In this document: piece by piece, positions 12,301 to 25,200 of the stretch | Layout: each line of letters begins with the position of its first letter | How positions within the stretch are numbered: position 1 is the stretch's first letter | From: Antedon mediterranea | Taxonomy: Eukaryota; Animalia; Echinodermata | Direction: 5' to 3' | Length of the DNA stretch: 64,000 nucleotides | NCBI RefSeq assembly: GCF_964355755.1 | Contig: NC_092672.1 | Span: 12,586,001 to 12,650,000, forward strand | The notes under the pieces: generated by a model | Databases searched by the model: none | The model's input: the letters and a program-made list of their open reading frames with translations, nothing else | What the model was told of the DNA's origin: nothing | Made by a program: the position numbers and the translations under genes

Positions 12301-14489
12301 GTTTCCCTTGGTCTGAATCTTGTCATCGTATATTATCATGTTAGAGGTTGTGTCGATCCACCGTCGTCGTTATTGTATCTGTGGTTTTTCTTAATATCCA
12401 AATAGATTACACAAGACATATCTTCCGATAGAGGGCGGCAGATAGAGATTAGGAAGATTATAAAATGGAGCACATGTTGTCATAAATGTGTAGAGAGAAT
12501 AAAGCCATCCACAACCACTATTTTGAAGTGTGTGTATTCATTGTCGGAATCGGGAACATTAACATATAGTAATCAACGATATATTATATGTTATAGTATT
12601 TGAGCGTCCCAATTTGGCGTGTGGTTTGGTTGAATAGCATGGTCTGTTTTTGGATGATTTTGGATGTATGTATGCTTTCTTTATCTGTTTTGTGTTCTTT
12701 TTTACATATGATTGGTGCTACAACTCTTTATTTAACCTAATATAATATAAACTTTGTTTAAAAAAAGTCAGGAAACCTTCTATATGCAGTCACATGTTTC
12801 TTCTTTTTATATTGTCATCATTTTGGTGTACCAAACCCAATCTAAATTTGTTCTGTGGTGTGGAATGCGTGTTTATGCTGTGTGTTTTTAGTGTTCTTTT
12901 GATTCTTTTAGCCATTCCGTGCACATTAATTAAGTGATATCCACAAATCCTAAGGCAAGGCAAATGTTTTACTGATTATAACTATGTGTACAAAACAAAT
13001 AGAACATTTTCTCTGATATAAAAAAAACTACATTGGGAAGCAATATGTCATAGCCAAGTGCCAAATGACTTTTATTAATAACAACGTATAGTTAGGATTT
13101 ATATTACGATAATCACAAACCATACGTAAAAATCAAAGGGATCTTTTAGACGTTAAAAATACCGTAATTCGTTTCTTTACAATATTTTGTAACGGTAGTA
13201 AAGGCAGCAGTATGACACTGACTTTTCTTTATTTCGTGTAAACTTTATTTAAGGAAACTAATTGATCTTGTTTTTTTTTTCTTAATTCTTAAGATTTTTT
13301 CACTGTATAATAATATCAAATGCAAACATTCTGTTTGCTGCACTTAATCTGACGTTCAAAGAGAAAGAGAAAGGCATGCCAATTAACATTGAGATTGTGC
13401 ACAGATGGCTTTAATTTGTTTGGTACCCGCTTTGACAAAAATACAAATGATTTTGAACGCTACGCAAATGATACCATTCCCCGTAGCATTTTTTTCTTTT
13501 TACGAAAAACAGAAATGTAAACTACTAAAAATAAAATAGATTCAGAATTTAAAAAGCTATCCAACGAAAAAAAACAAAGATGTGATTTGACAACAGTTTA
13601 TTTCACCTTTGTTCACGGACTATAGTTATTTTTATTTTAAATTAAATAACTCGGAAACTTGACATTGAAGTTAAGTGTAATCCTGTACCGTACGGTACTT
13701 ATTCAGTATTAAGATAATATATAATATAATATAAAACATATAAATGGACAATGACAAAGTAGAAAGAAAATCAAACAAACATATTTTGAATGAATTGTAA
13801 AACCAATAAGAAAAACCGTATTATCTTAATACGAAGGAGGCTATTTTTTCATTGTTAAAATGAGTATAGCGAGGCATTTAATGAATAGGCAAACTGCCTT
13901 AAAATGTGACATGTTTCGAGAAACTATTCTCGTCATCAGAAGAACAGAAAACAACGCCTAAAGTATACTTATATTCCAATAGTACAGGTTGTATGTAAAT
14001 AAGAAAGTAATTAGCATGATAAAACAACAAGGAACACTTAAAAACAATTTATTTACATAATAGGAACATTATGACAATAAACAAAGTAAAATAGAATAGA
14101 TATTAGTAAAACTGTATTCAGAATTAAAAAAATCTATCCAACGATACCAAACAGTACAGTATTTTGGTGAAATTGCATTTTGACCTTTATTGGTCACGTG
14201 ATTTGTTTTATTTCGCAATTACTATGTAACTATGCGTTTTATTGATATGGGTGTAATGGAATAAAATAATTAGTTTAAATTCCCTTTCCAATGATACCAT
14301 GGATGACCAACTTTGGTGTGGAAAGTCGGCCATTTTGAAATACAAAATGGCGGCTGAAGGAGTGGTCGAAAAAAATGGCACCTAACTTTTTTGGATTCAG
14401 CATCTCAAGAATAACAAAGTTAGCTAAAAAAATTTATTTTGGCACAAATATCGTGCTGGAAGACATAATAACCCGTACTAAATGCTATA

Positions 14490-14953
14490 TCTCAGTTTTT
14501 TCTCAAAGAGCCCATAAATTTACCTACTTGTGTTAAACCATGGAGGTTCAAAATAGTATTTTTTTAAGAAAATCGGCCGGTCTTCAACATTATGATACTG
14601 TACTCGAGCTGTTCAACCGGTTTTCAGCTATTAAAAACAATTATCGTAGGAGGAGATACGAAAATCCGAAGCATCCTCGTATTATTGTGTGCAGGTATTT
14701 TGTAAGAGGACATCCATTAGACAGTGTATACTACGGTCGGAAAACACCCCTATTTGGGGCAAATCGTTCAACCGAAATTCGTTTTAATTGTCTATAACTA
14801 ATTATCTAACTCAATTTAATTAGTAAACAGGGTTACATCTGGTGGTTTAAATCAGAACCGAGATTCTAACTAACTTTATATACCATCGAGTAAACACTCT
14901 AGAAATAACGCGCGATTTACCGAATTTTGCCCTTATGTAAATTTATATATAGA
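14490..14953 (-). mobile_element. 5' part of the same Helitron family, inverted
   Basis: Reverse complement of TCtatatataaatttacataagggcaaaattcggtaaatcgcgcg... Confidence 0.8.
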
Positions 14954-15652
14954 TTTAACGATAATGCAATGGTACCTCTATGCTTAGTATACCAGTTTAA
15001 GTTTCGTAGCAAATTTCAAGTAGACCCATGCCATCTTGTATATATTATATTATACTGATACAAATTCATAATCAAGCTAACATTAATTGTCAATGTTTTA
15101 TGAGTATTACTAATTCATACTTTAAACGTGTAACCATTGGTAGTGGGTCAAAACTATTTGAACTAAAACAACTATAATACTTGCACTACTTTTAATTTGA
15201 ATTATTATTTCATTTAGGCCTACATATTTGATCTAAATTGACAGTTTATAGTATAGTACACTATAAAACGAACTGCAACTAACACAACTACGTAATACTC
15301 TAATGTAAAGAACTAAAAATAAAACATTTATAAAGAACTTGCAAAAATAATCCACAAACGCTTAAAGTTTACGTCCTTAAGAATAGTACTATGCCTACAC
15401 ATTCTCAAATACGAAAGTTTTACTTGATCATTAAGTATAAACTAATCTAATTAAGTAAATACCAGAATATTATTTAGATGAACTACATCAACCAGGGTAG
15501 CTCCATATAAGGAGACGGAAGACATGTCGATTATTGGACGTTTAGATCTACTTGATTATTTCCAAAGATTATCTTTAATTGGTGTTCCATGTGAGAATTT
15601 TATTAATAAAAATGTCATGAAACATATCGAATTACAGTACATTGTATGTTAC

Positions 15653-15658
15653 TTTATT
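15653..15658 (-). promoter_or_regulatory. Candidate polyadenylation signal (AATAAA) of ROCO copy A
   Basis: AATAAA about 30 nt after the TAA stop. The motif is common in AT-rich DNA. Confidence 0.4.
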
Positions 15659-15690
15659 TGAACACAATCTGGCATTGTACTGGCATTGAT

Positions 15691-16235
15691 TTATAGACGT
15701 AAACCCTTTTTTAGCACCTTGGCTTCGATCATCATTCTGTTCCTTCTAAGTTTATCAATAACTACACCCATGTCATTAAATACATATCTCTTATCCAGTT
15801 CAAACAAGAGGTCCCACACATTTGCTATATGGTCAACTGCAATTTTATACCAACGGCAAATCGTATCTCTCTTATCTAAATTTAACATGCGACCAAATGC
15901 GATCAAATTTTGTCGAAGTTGGGAAAACTTAGTTATTGTGATACCAGTAACGAATCCATTAAAACACGGCATCTTCTGTTTGATGATATTCGCAGCCCCA
16001 TACCATCCACACAAACTGAAACATTCAATGATCAAATCAACATTTGTACTGCTAATACGTCCAGTAGTAACGAGTAATCTGAATAGATTGAATGGTTGTC
16101 CTTCTTTCTCTATGGCTGCTACAGCAATGTCGTTGAAATCTAAAAGTAGTAACTTCAACATGTGTACATTCCCTTCAACTTTTATCCAACTTGACAAGTC
16201 GACAAGAAGTTCCAGAAAGACTTCATCCGAAAGAT
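15691..16235 (-). CDS. Terminal exon: two tandem death-effector-domain-like (death-fold) modules
   Basis: FLELLVDLSSWI..LKLLLLDF..IEK..PFNLFRLLVTTGRISSTNVDLIIECF resembles the DED1 pattern of FADD/caspase-8. FSQLRQNLIAFGRML..NVWDLLFELDKRYVF resembles caspase-8 DED2 (ISAYRVML..NLLDIFIEMEKRVIL). Recognised by eye only. Confidence 0.65.
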
Positions 16236-19200
16236 CTTAGAAAGAAACCAATTTGTTTTTAGTAAAATTTTTATTTTTTCATACAAATTTGATCAATTAT
16301 TCCAAATATCGGAAGAAAAATAAAATAACTAACAATAATTGAAAGCACCAAAAAGCAATGGATATATACGGTTACTGACAAAATGATAATAATAATCTGG
16401 AAAACTTCAGTGATATCCCCACTACCCAAAAAAAAAAACCAAGGGAACTGAAGGATTTCAGACCAATTGCTATCACATCAAACGTTATAAGATGTTTTGA
16501 GAAAATGTTAATTAAACATTTATTTGATATGACTAAACTTTTTCACGACTCATTCCAATTTGATTATCAAGAAAACCGCAGTGTGGAAGATGCTGTGTTA
16601 GTTCACATAAACAGAATATATAGTCACTTAGACAAAAATAGGTCATATGTCAGATCATTATATGTTGACTTTTCCAGGGCATATAACACTGTAGTTCCTG
16701 AACTGCTTATTAGAAAGTTGAATAATATAAACATCAATGCAAATTAATATTTTAAAATGGCTGTATAGCTTTAAGTCCAGACCACAATTTGTAAAATTAA
16801 ACGATATTATGTCAAATGAAAGAGTTGTAAATGTGGGTATACCACAGGGGTGTGTAATTTTGCCAGTACTGTATTCTCTATTCACTGCATGTTTTAGATC
16901 CAAGTCCAAGATGTTTTCGGTAGTTAAATATGCTGACGATACCGTCTTGACTGGCTATATTACCAATGCAGATGAAAATAGTTATAGGGAAATGAGTGAG
17001 GATAACAACTTGAAATTAAATAACAACTTAAACTAAAGAAGTTGTAATTGATTATAGGAAAGAATGTGAACCTTTGATTCCAGTAGTTATAAATGGAGAA
17101 GAAATTAAAATGGTAGAAGAATACAAATATTTAGGATGTATCATTGATCATAAACTTAACTGGAAGACAAACACAGATAAATTAGTTGGTAAAGCATGTC
17201 AAAGAATTTACATATTGCGAAAAATGAAAACGCTCAATATTGATATCACTATTATGGAGTTGTTTTATATGACGATGATCCAAAGTGTATTATCTTACTG
17301 TCTGATTTGTAACTATGGTAATTTATTTAAGAAAGATAAAAAAAGGCTAAATCAAATTGTGAAAGGAGCTGGTAAACTTATAGGCGATATGACAATCTGC
17401 ATGGATGTATTATATAATGATAGATCAATGCAGGCTGCTTTGCGTATAATGGGTGATGATCAGTTTATTCGATCCCGAAGTGGTAGGCTATGTGTCCCTA
17501 AGACAAAAACAAACCGATCCCGTTACGCCTTTATAGCCAACGTCATACATTTGATATACTCACGGCAAAAACGATAGGAAACTGTGTTAACATATCATTG
17601 TGCAATTCTTCATTAAAAGCTTTTAATCTGTATATATTATACTTAACGTAGCTTTTAATGTATATTTGTGTATTTAGTTGACTTTTTATAGATTATAACG
17701 TATTGTAAGATTGTTACCTGTATCCAATGGAGCCAAGGGTAGTCTTTCAGGTAGGCGTACTGCTGTATCAATATCAACTGTACAAAAATAATAATAATGT
17801 TTTTAATGAAATATAACTTGAAAGCACAAATTCAAAAATGTTTTGCTTAATTTGAAAAAAAATAAACCGAAAACATAAATCATTAGTCAATGTTAGTTTA
17901 CTTACGCTTCGCTGTTGTTCCTGTTGGCCCAGTGGCAGCTTCACCTTCTCGTTCAACTGTATCTAATGCGTAACACAGTAATAAACATTACTTACTTTCC
18001 ACTAATTGATTTCAGAATATTGTAAGTGTACACAGTTGAAATTGTATTGATTTATTATTGTGTTGCTATCTATCGTGAATTATACAATGGAAGCATTCCA
18101 TTGCACCAGTGCACTAGAAGGTTAACTTGACATTTAGTGACTATTATCTCCACTATACAAATGTAAGAAATATAGGTCAACATAATATTTATTTATTTTG
18201 TTCAGAAAATGTTAATAACAATGTATACTTTCAACTAACCATCTAAAAGCAGATACTGTAATCGATCAGTTTTCATAGACTTTCTGCCACATGGAACAGT
18301 ATCTTCTTTCAGGCATTTTTCGAGATCGTGTAAATGAATATGTTCTGCTGTATGACAGGCGATACACAACACACGTAGGTTGTAACCAATTCCTTCATTA
18401 GTTTTCAGCACAGTCTTTAGTTGATGCATTAAATATCGTAACACCTACAAACCAATTGATAATAGAAAAGATGAGTTAAAAAACTGTTTTTGTAAAATGA
18501 TTGTAATACTGTAGTTAAAAAGAAACCTTATAATCTTTACCTCAATGCATAAGCTCGGTTGCGGTCCATATATTACCTCTGTGTTATTATCATCAACTTC
18601 AATCCGACGAGATATTTCAAGCTGATGAGAAAAGTTTTCTTCTTTGTTAGTATTATGCCTACATATAGTACACTTACACAAGGGGAGAGTGACAATTTTA
18701 CTCTTCCCTGCTACCCTACCTACTAAAATATTTGGAATGGAATATAAAAGGATCAAAACAATTGACTATCGTGTCGACACTGAATATCAAACATTTTATG
18801 TTATGAACTGACAATTCACTTAATTTCTATACCGCGGGACCATAGTAGGCCTATTATCAAACCGATATTGAAATACAGTATAATATAAGTATAAGTAACA
18901 GTAAATAAGTAAATTATACAATTAATAAATGTAGGTGGTTTGCATTGTGTATTCTCAAGCTAGCGTTTACCACTTAACCTAATTTATGCGTTTACTATTT
19001 ATTTTTAACAGTAGCTTTATACTGCTATACATTAGTGAAATGTTAGTTTCTAACGAATTCATACAATATAACTTTTTATACTGTACCTTTAATGCATGCT
19101 TATTTTCCCTTTGATGCTCAATATTTACGGCACCTAAACGAACTTCATGATCCCCAAAATCAAAGTCACTGCGATTTTGGAACACCACTTGATCACCACG

Positions 19201-22200
19201 CCTACCTTTGCTCTCCATTAAATACAGAAATGCAACAACTAATGTATTGTACACAGCATTAGGCAGAAAGTCAGTAGGTGTAAGATACATCGACAACGTG
19301 TGTTTCTCGTCTTTTTCAACTTTCAGGCTCTCTTTCGTGTTTTGCATTCGAGATGGAACAAGAAACATCCGGTTGTCTTCGCTTTGGTGCTGAGTAAAAA
19401 AAAGTAAAAATTTAGTGTTATGAAAAAGTAACATCGATTTGGAATATGCCTACTATAATAATCTCATATTTAATCAAAAGCCAAGATGCTTAACCTACTT
19501 CTAATTTCTCATAGAGCAAACCAAATGTTTTCATCACTTCAGTAAAGATTTCAAAACGCGTTGAATCTTCATGTAATTCATGTTTCCATAAATGACGTAG
19601 CAATTTTTCCTCAAGTATTCCTTCCTTGTTAAGCTTATTCCATAGCATTCTTAGTTCTTTCTGTTACCAAATAATAAAGAAAAAAATAAAACTTATACAT
19701 ACAGTACACTATAAAAGTGCAATACATTTTCATCAAAACAAGTAATTCGTTTTATATCCACATTGTTTTTTGACAATTATTTTGCTAACCTTATCTACTT
19801 ACCACTTCAATAGTTGGTTCAACTACTGTGATCACTTTTGTCACCATTTCAATCATCATGTAAAGATTTGTTATCACTGTGTTTCTTAATTTCTTGTTAG
19901 TACTTGAATACATGATAACTCCAATGTCATTCAGGTACGCTATGGCAGTGAATAGCCCATCTTTTGAAATTCCACATTCAGTGCCGATTTTAGATGTCTA
20001 ATGCAAATTAATAACAAAATAGAATGTACTGAATTTGATGATTAAATTTTGTTATTTTCCTTTAAAATAATTGTAAACAGCTTATTGTTGATTAAAACAT
20101 AATTTTATCTAACATTCTTCCTTTTGACTAGACATTTTAGAAATCGCATTGTCAAGAAGGCCTATTTCTGGTTAAATGTAACTGTTTCCTTGCATTTTTT
20201 ATATTTATTTTACATTATCTTTGTTCAGTTTTTTTAGGATGATAACTAGCTTTTTATTAACCCTACGAAATAAACAATTCAATGTTTGATTTCATTAATA
20301 ATTTTAGTTGCTCATGTTTTGCGGGAACAACTAAAACAAGAAAAATAGTACAATAGTGATGAAGACTTCCAAATACTAAAAAATGACAAGACATCTATAT
20401 TGACTATTGTAATATTAATTCACATCGCTGGCTCAACAAAGAAATTGGCAACATTACATTGTAGACAGAAATGTGACCTTCAAATTATGACGTTATACAT
20501 TATAATTGTTACCGTATAGTACACTATTTTTAACAAGATAATACATTATTTTTGTACCAGCGTTCATACTCTATATGTGTTTTATAAATCTGTGTTTACA
20601 GTTGTGACAACATAAAATAAACGGTTATACATTTAAAACCAAAATCTTACCTCAGTAAAAGGAATACACAGTGTTGTTTTTCCAATTTCTTGCAACTGTT
20701 CTTGCAAATCCACCCATTTTAATGGAACACTTCTCACCATGGCCTTCATGTAACGACCAACGTTTCTCCTTAGTTGTTTAATACCTTCATGCGATTTTAC
20801 AGTGTTATCCACCATGTACATCTCACGATCTACATGGTCGGCATATGGCATTCCTTCCATTTTTTCAAACATTTTACGAAACTTATCCTCCACTTCCTTT
20901 AATAAAAAGTGTTTTCATAATTACATGCTATAACAACAACAAGAATGTAATTATTCTTACAAACTGTTATTTCATATTCTGATTTGAATAAATCTAACCG
21001 ATAATTAAACTTAATACACGATTTAATATGAGGACCGTAGGCTACGCTATTTATATTTCATCACTGTATCGGTTTTAACTAAATCAGCCTTCGTGTATAC
21101 CACATACCGTTGCAAAATTGTAAGCTTACTTAATGTAAATGTATGTCTGTTACCTTGATCCAATTTTTTGTTTTTGACTTTTTACGAAATGTGTCCATAT
21201 GTGTAGCAACCAAACAGATAGGAGGTGACTCAATGATCTTGCCATCAATATTAATGGGACTTCCTGGACCATGTTGTGCCACAGTATGTTCATAAATGGA
21301 CCTTATCCAGAACATATTCATTTCCAAATTAGTCATTCCTAGTGTACTCTAAAATCACAAATAAAATGCAATCTTATAAAGTAAGCTAAAATATTCTCAA
21401 TAACAAAGATATGCATATTTAATAAAGTGTATTCGAGCAAATAGGTACTGAAGGCACTTACTATTGAATCTCGCGGAATAGCTGGTTCATCCAAGTTATC
21501 ACACGCATTAAACGCTACACAGTAGGATACTCTATTTGTGAGGAAAAACTAAACAAAATACAATTGATAATAATAACTTTTTTTTAATACTCCAACACAT
21601 TTATTAGGATGTGTTAATTGATACATGCACTAATACTTTATTGAAAATGTTATACCACAACACAATGTCGTACTGTAACTATGAGCAAATATCTTTATTT
21701 TTTAATAATCATTTAACATATGAAACAAAAACTATAGAACAAACGAAAAAATACATAAATCAAATAAAATTTTAAAATATAATGTAAAGGTCTGCTTAAT
21801 AAAATTGATACGTAAACAAGCAAATCAAGACCCTTTTTTTAAACATTCAGCAATAAATTTATTTTTAAATTTTTAACACATTTTTAAGTAATAGCAAATA
21901 ACAAAATAGGAACATACCCTATGCGTTATGTAGTAGTCCAGTTGACCTGCGTAGTCCCATATCGTAGTTACGTCACTTGGAATACTTTCTGAATCATCAC
22001 TTTTTACAAATTTCCTAAACATTTTCATCGCCCAAATATCTTTCTGTCTTCGCTTTTTTATTTTAGCAACAACTTTTCTTTGAATTGAGTCGGGAATTGT
22101 CAGATTTTCTTTTAGTTGACTCTCTAAATTCAAATAATGACTACAAATCAATGGGGTGTGTGTAAATTAGATATGGATATTGATAGATGGACTGGTCTGA

Positions 22201-25200
22201 TTTGTTGTGAGTAGACATAATGAATGTTAAAATGGATAAAAAAGTGTATACAATAAATAAATAAATACAACAGTCAGGATGATTAAAGAATTGAACGAGC
22301 AGCGAATATTTTTGATTGCCCAGTTTTAATACCAATGCAATATTTGCATTTTAATACATTTATTTGTTTGCAACAAGAAAAGAAATCTCACTCTTCCCTG
22401 GTTGGACTAACTTTTTGAGAATAAAATTTTCCAGAATGTTTCATAATAATGGTATAATGCCATACATATTATTTCATCAAATATAAAGAAAACCAAATAA
22501 TGAGTCCAACCCTTTCTTGCCGATTCCACTGCCAATGACGTGTAATCAGACTCTCTGGAATCAGATGTAGAAGCCTCGCCTAAAGGAAGTTCGTTGAAAG
22601 ATGTTCTTTCTTTCATCTGTGATGTATTTTCTTCGACTACAGCCTCTTCAAATATTCGCTGGGTTTGCTTGAATCTCGAGTTTTCTGTCGGCGAAAATGT
22701 AAAACAGAAATGATTATTTGTGTCGCGTTGCACTCATAACGGATATAATTGTTATATTATCATAATACTAGAGCACTGAAATATCAATTATTATAGGCCT
22801 GTATAAACTCCACAGTTTAACAAGTACTACTTTATATTAATACTAATGAAACAATAATATAAACAACACTCCTATGAAGTTATAGTGTGCGAATTTCGTG
22901 TTTCTGTCAGCATCAGCATGTATAATACACTACATTAATTTATTATTTACATTAAAATGTTTTATTTACTTTTCTTCAGAAAAGAAATTACTATTTTAGA
23001 TCTTGTCATGCAAATAATTTGTTGTTTATTAATTCGTGCGTGACTTGTTAGGCCTATTAGTAAAGTGATTATATGCGAAACGACCACATTTTTTTATACA
23101 AAATGATCGTCAAAAATATTTAAAAAAATAATCAAACCTTCCACTAAAGACACAGAGTCAGAAGATATAGAACATTCGAAATCAGATATTGAAGGTGTTG
23201 AAACTGCACCTTGTAAATGGAATTTGGTTTCAGTTGACGTTTGTTTTTCCATATTTGCTGTGATGTGTTCAGGCGTTTTCTGGGATGTTCCTGCAATTCA
23301 TTATAATATATTTTTGATACAATATATAGAATGTCTAACATTTCACTTCTATGTATGTTTCTATACTGTATGAGTGCATCTTAACTTGATTATGATCACC
23401 AATACAGTTTGTTTAGAATAATAAAAATACCCTTGTAATAGAAATTATAGTAGATATTCATCATACCTGTTTTTACTGGATCCAAAGAAGAGATTGCTGA
23501 TGATTCCAGTTGGGAATCAGATTTAGATGTTGACATATCTGAACTTCCTTCACCATCATCCATTTCTTCCTTTATTAACTGTGTTGCAAGTTTTTCTGCA
23601 AGTGCATCTTCCCGTATTTCCTTGTTGAGCTCCATAACTGTTAAAAAAAGCAAGGTGAAATAAGGTTGTACGGTACACATCATAGAGATAAATTAAAATA
23701 CTAATATTAGAGAAATGAGATATATCATCAAATCATCATAATCACCTGTAAATAAAATAAATATATCTATATATAAATTTACGTAAGGGCAAAATTCGGT
23801 AAATCGCGCGTTATTTCTAGAATGTTTACTCGATGGTATATAAAGTTGGTTCGTACTTTCGGTACTGATTTTAACCGCCTGATGTAACCCTGTTTACTAA
23901 TTAAATTGAGTTCGATAATTAGTTATTGACGATTAAAACGAATTTAGGTTCAACGATTTGCCCCAAATAGGGGTGTTTTTCGATCGTGGTATACACTGTC
24001 TAATGGATGTCCGTCTTGAAAAATACCCGCAGACGATAATACGAGGATGCTTCGCATTTTCCTATCTCCTCCTACGATAATTGTTTTTAATGGCTGAAAA
24101 CAGGTTGAACAGCTCGAGTACAGCATCATAATGTTGAAGACAGGCCGATTTTCTTTAAAAAATACTATTTTGATAGATTTAAAATACGTTTATACAAATG
24201 TATTGATTTGCGATGAATGGAACATTCTAATCTCTGTTCCACAAGCGTCTATTCCCTCAGGCGTCGTAAAGGCAACTACTGTATACTCATAACAGAAATT
24301 CGATCCATTTTTTTTTCAATCTGTGCTGCAGAGGTTGGATATAATTTTTTTTTAAACGGATAAAGAGCTAGCGTTTTCACTCGCCGTATATTATGTATAA
24401 ATCTTTATTATTGCAGTTAAACCACCCACATCATCACCCTTCCCTCACTGGCATGAGTAGCGTTGTAAAACCAGTAGAGGAAAGGCCTACGGTACATCAT
24501 ATGCCCTAAACGCAGAACAACTTTGGTGGGTAGGCGGGTGTGTAGGGTAGGAACCAACTTTAGTATGAATTGGCTCTAGGAAACAATTGAAAACCATTAG
24601 GCCTACTAATTAAGTTGAGTTAGATAATTTAATATTTATTGACGATTAAATCGAATTTATGATTTTCCCTGAATAGAGTTGGTTTTCACAAATTGTTTTA
24701 CATTATATAAACATATACACGTCGTAGTGATGTATCGTTACATGTAGGGGCTACTGTACTATTTTAATCGACTAGGACGGTGATAGTTTCAACAAAGTTT
24801 TACTGTGTTTAGTGGTATATTATTTGTAAAATATGAAAACAATAATAATAATAATAATAACTGGTACTTGATATAGCGCATTATGCTAAAAGCCTCAATG
24901 CGCTTTACAAAGACAGAACAATTTAGAAATTTACAAATTAAAAAGTGGGTTTTGAGGAGAGATTTGAAGACACTGGTGGAAGTAGCCTGACGGATTTCAA
25001 TAGGCAACGCATACCATAGAGAAACGGATGCCGAAGAAAATGAACGATTTCCATAAAACTTAGTGGAAGGATGAAATATATGGGCAAGAAGAGACTCAGA
25101 TCTAGATCTCAGAGACCGCTTAGGAACATAAGGTTGAATAAGTTCAATTAATATTTCGTTACTAAATGGATAAAGAATGATATTTAAAAAGTGTTCCTCT

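Noticed and set aside
14540-14797. Short ORFs here and at 27222-27527, 30144-30326 and 31008-31238
   Set aside because: They lie inside non-autonomous Helitron copies and show no Rep or helicase motifs.
15686-16240. 184-aa plus-strand ORF
   Set aside because: Antisense shadow of the DED-like terminal exon; no recognisable motif.
18085-18152. Possible extra small ROCO exon (VEIIVTKCQVNLL...)
   Set aside because: No convincing in-phase donor; the frame is complete without it.
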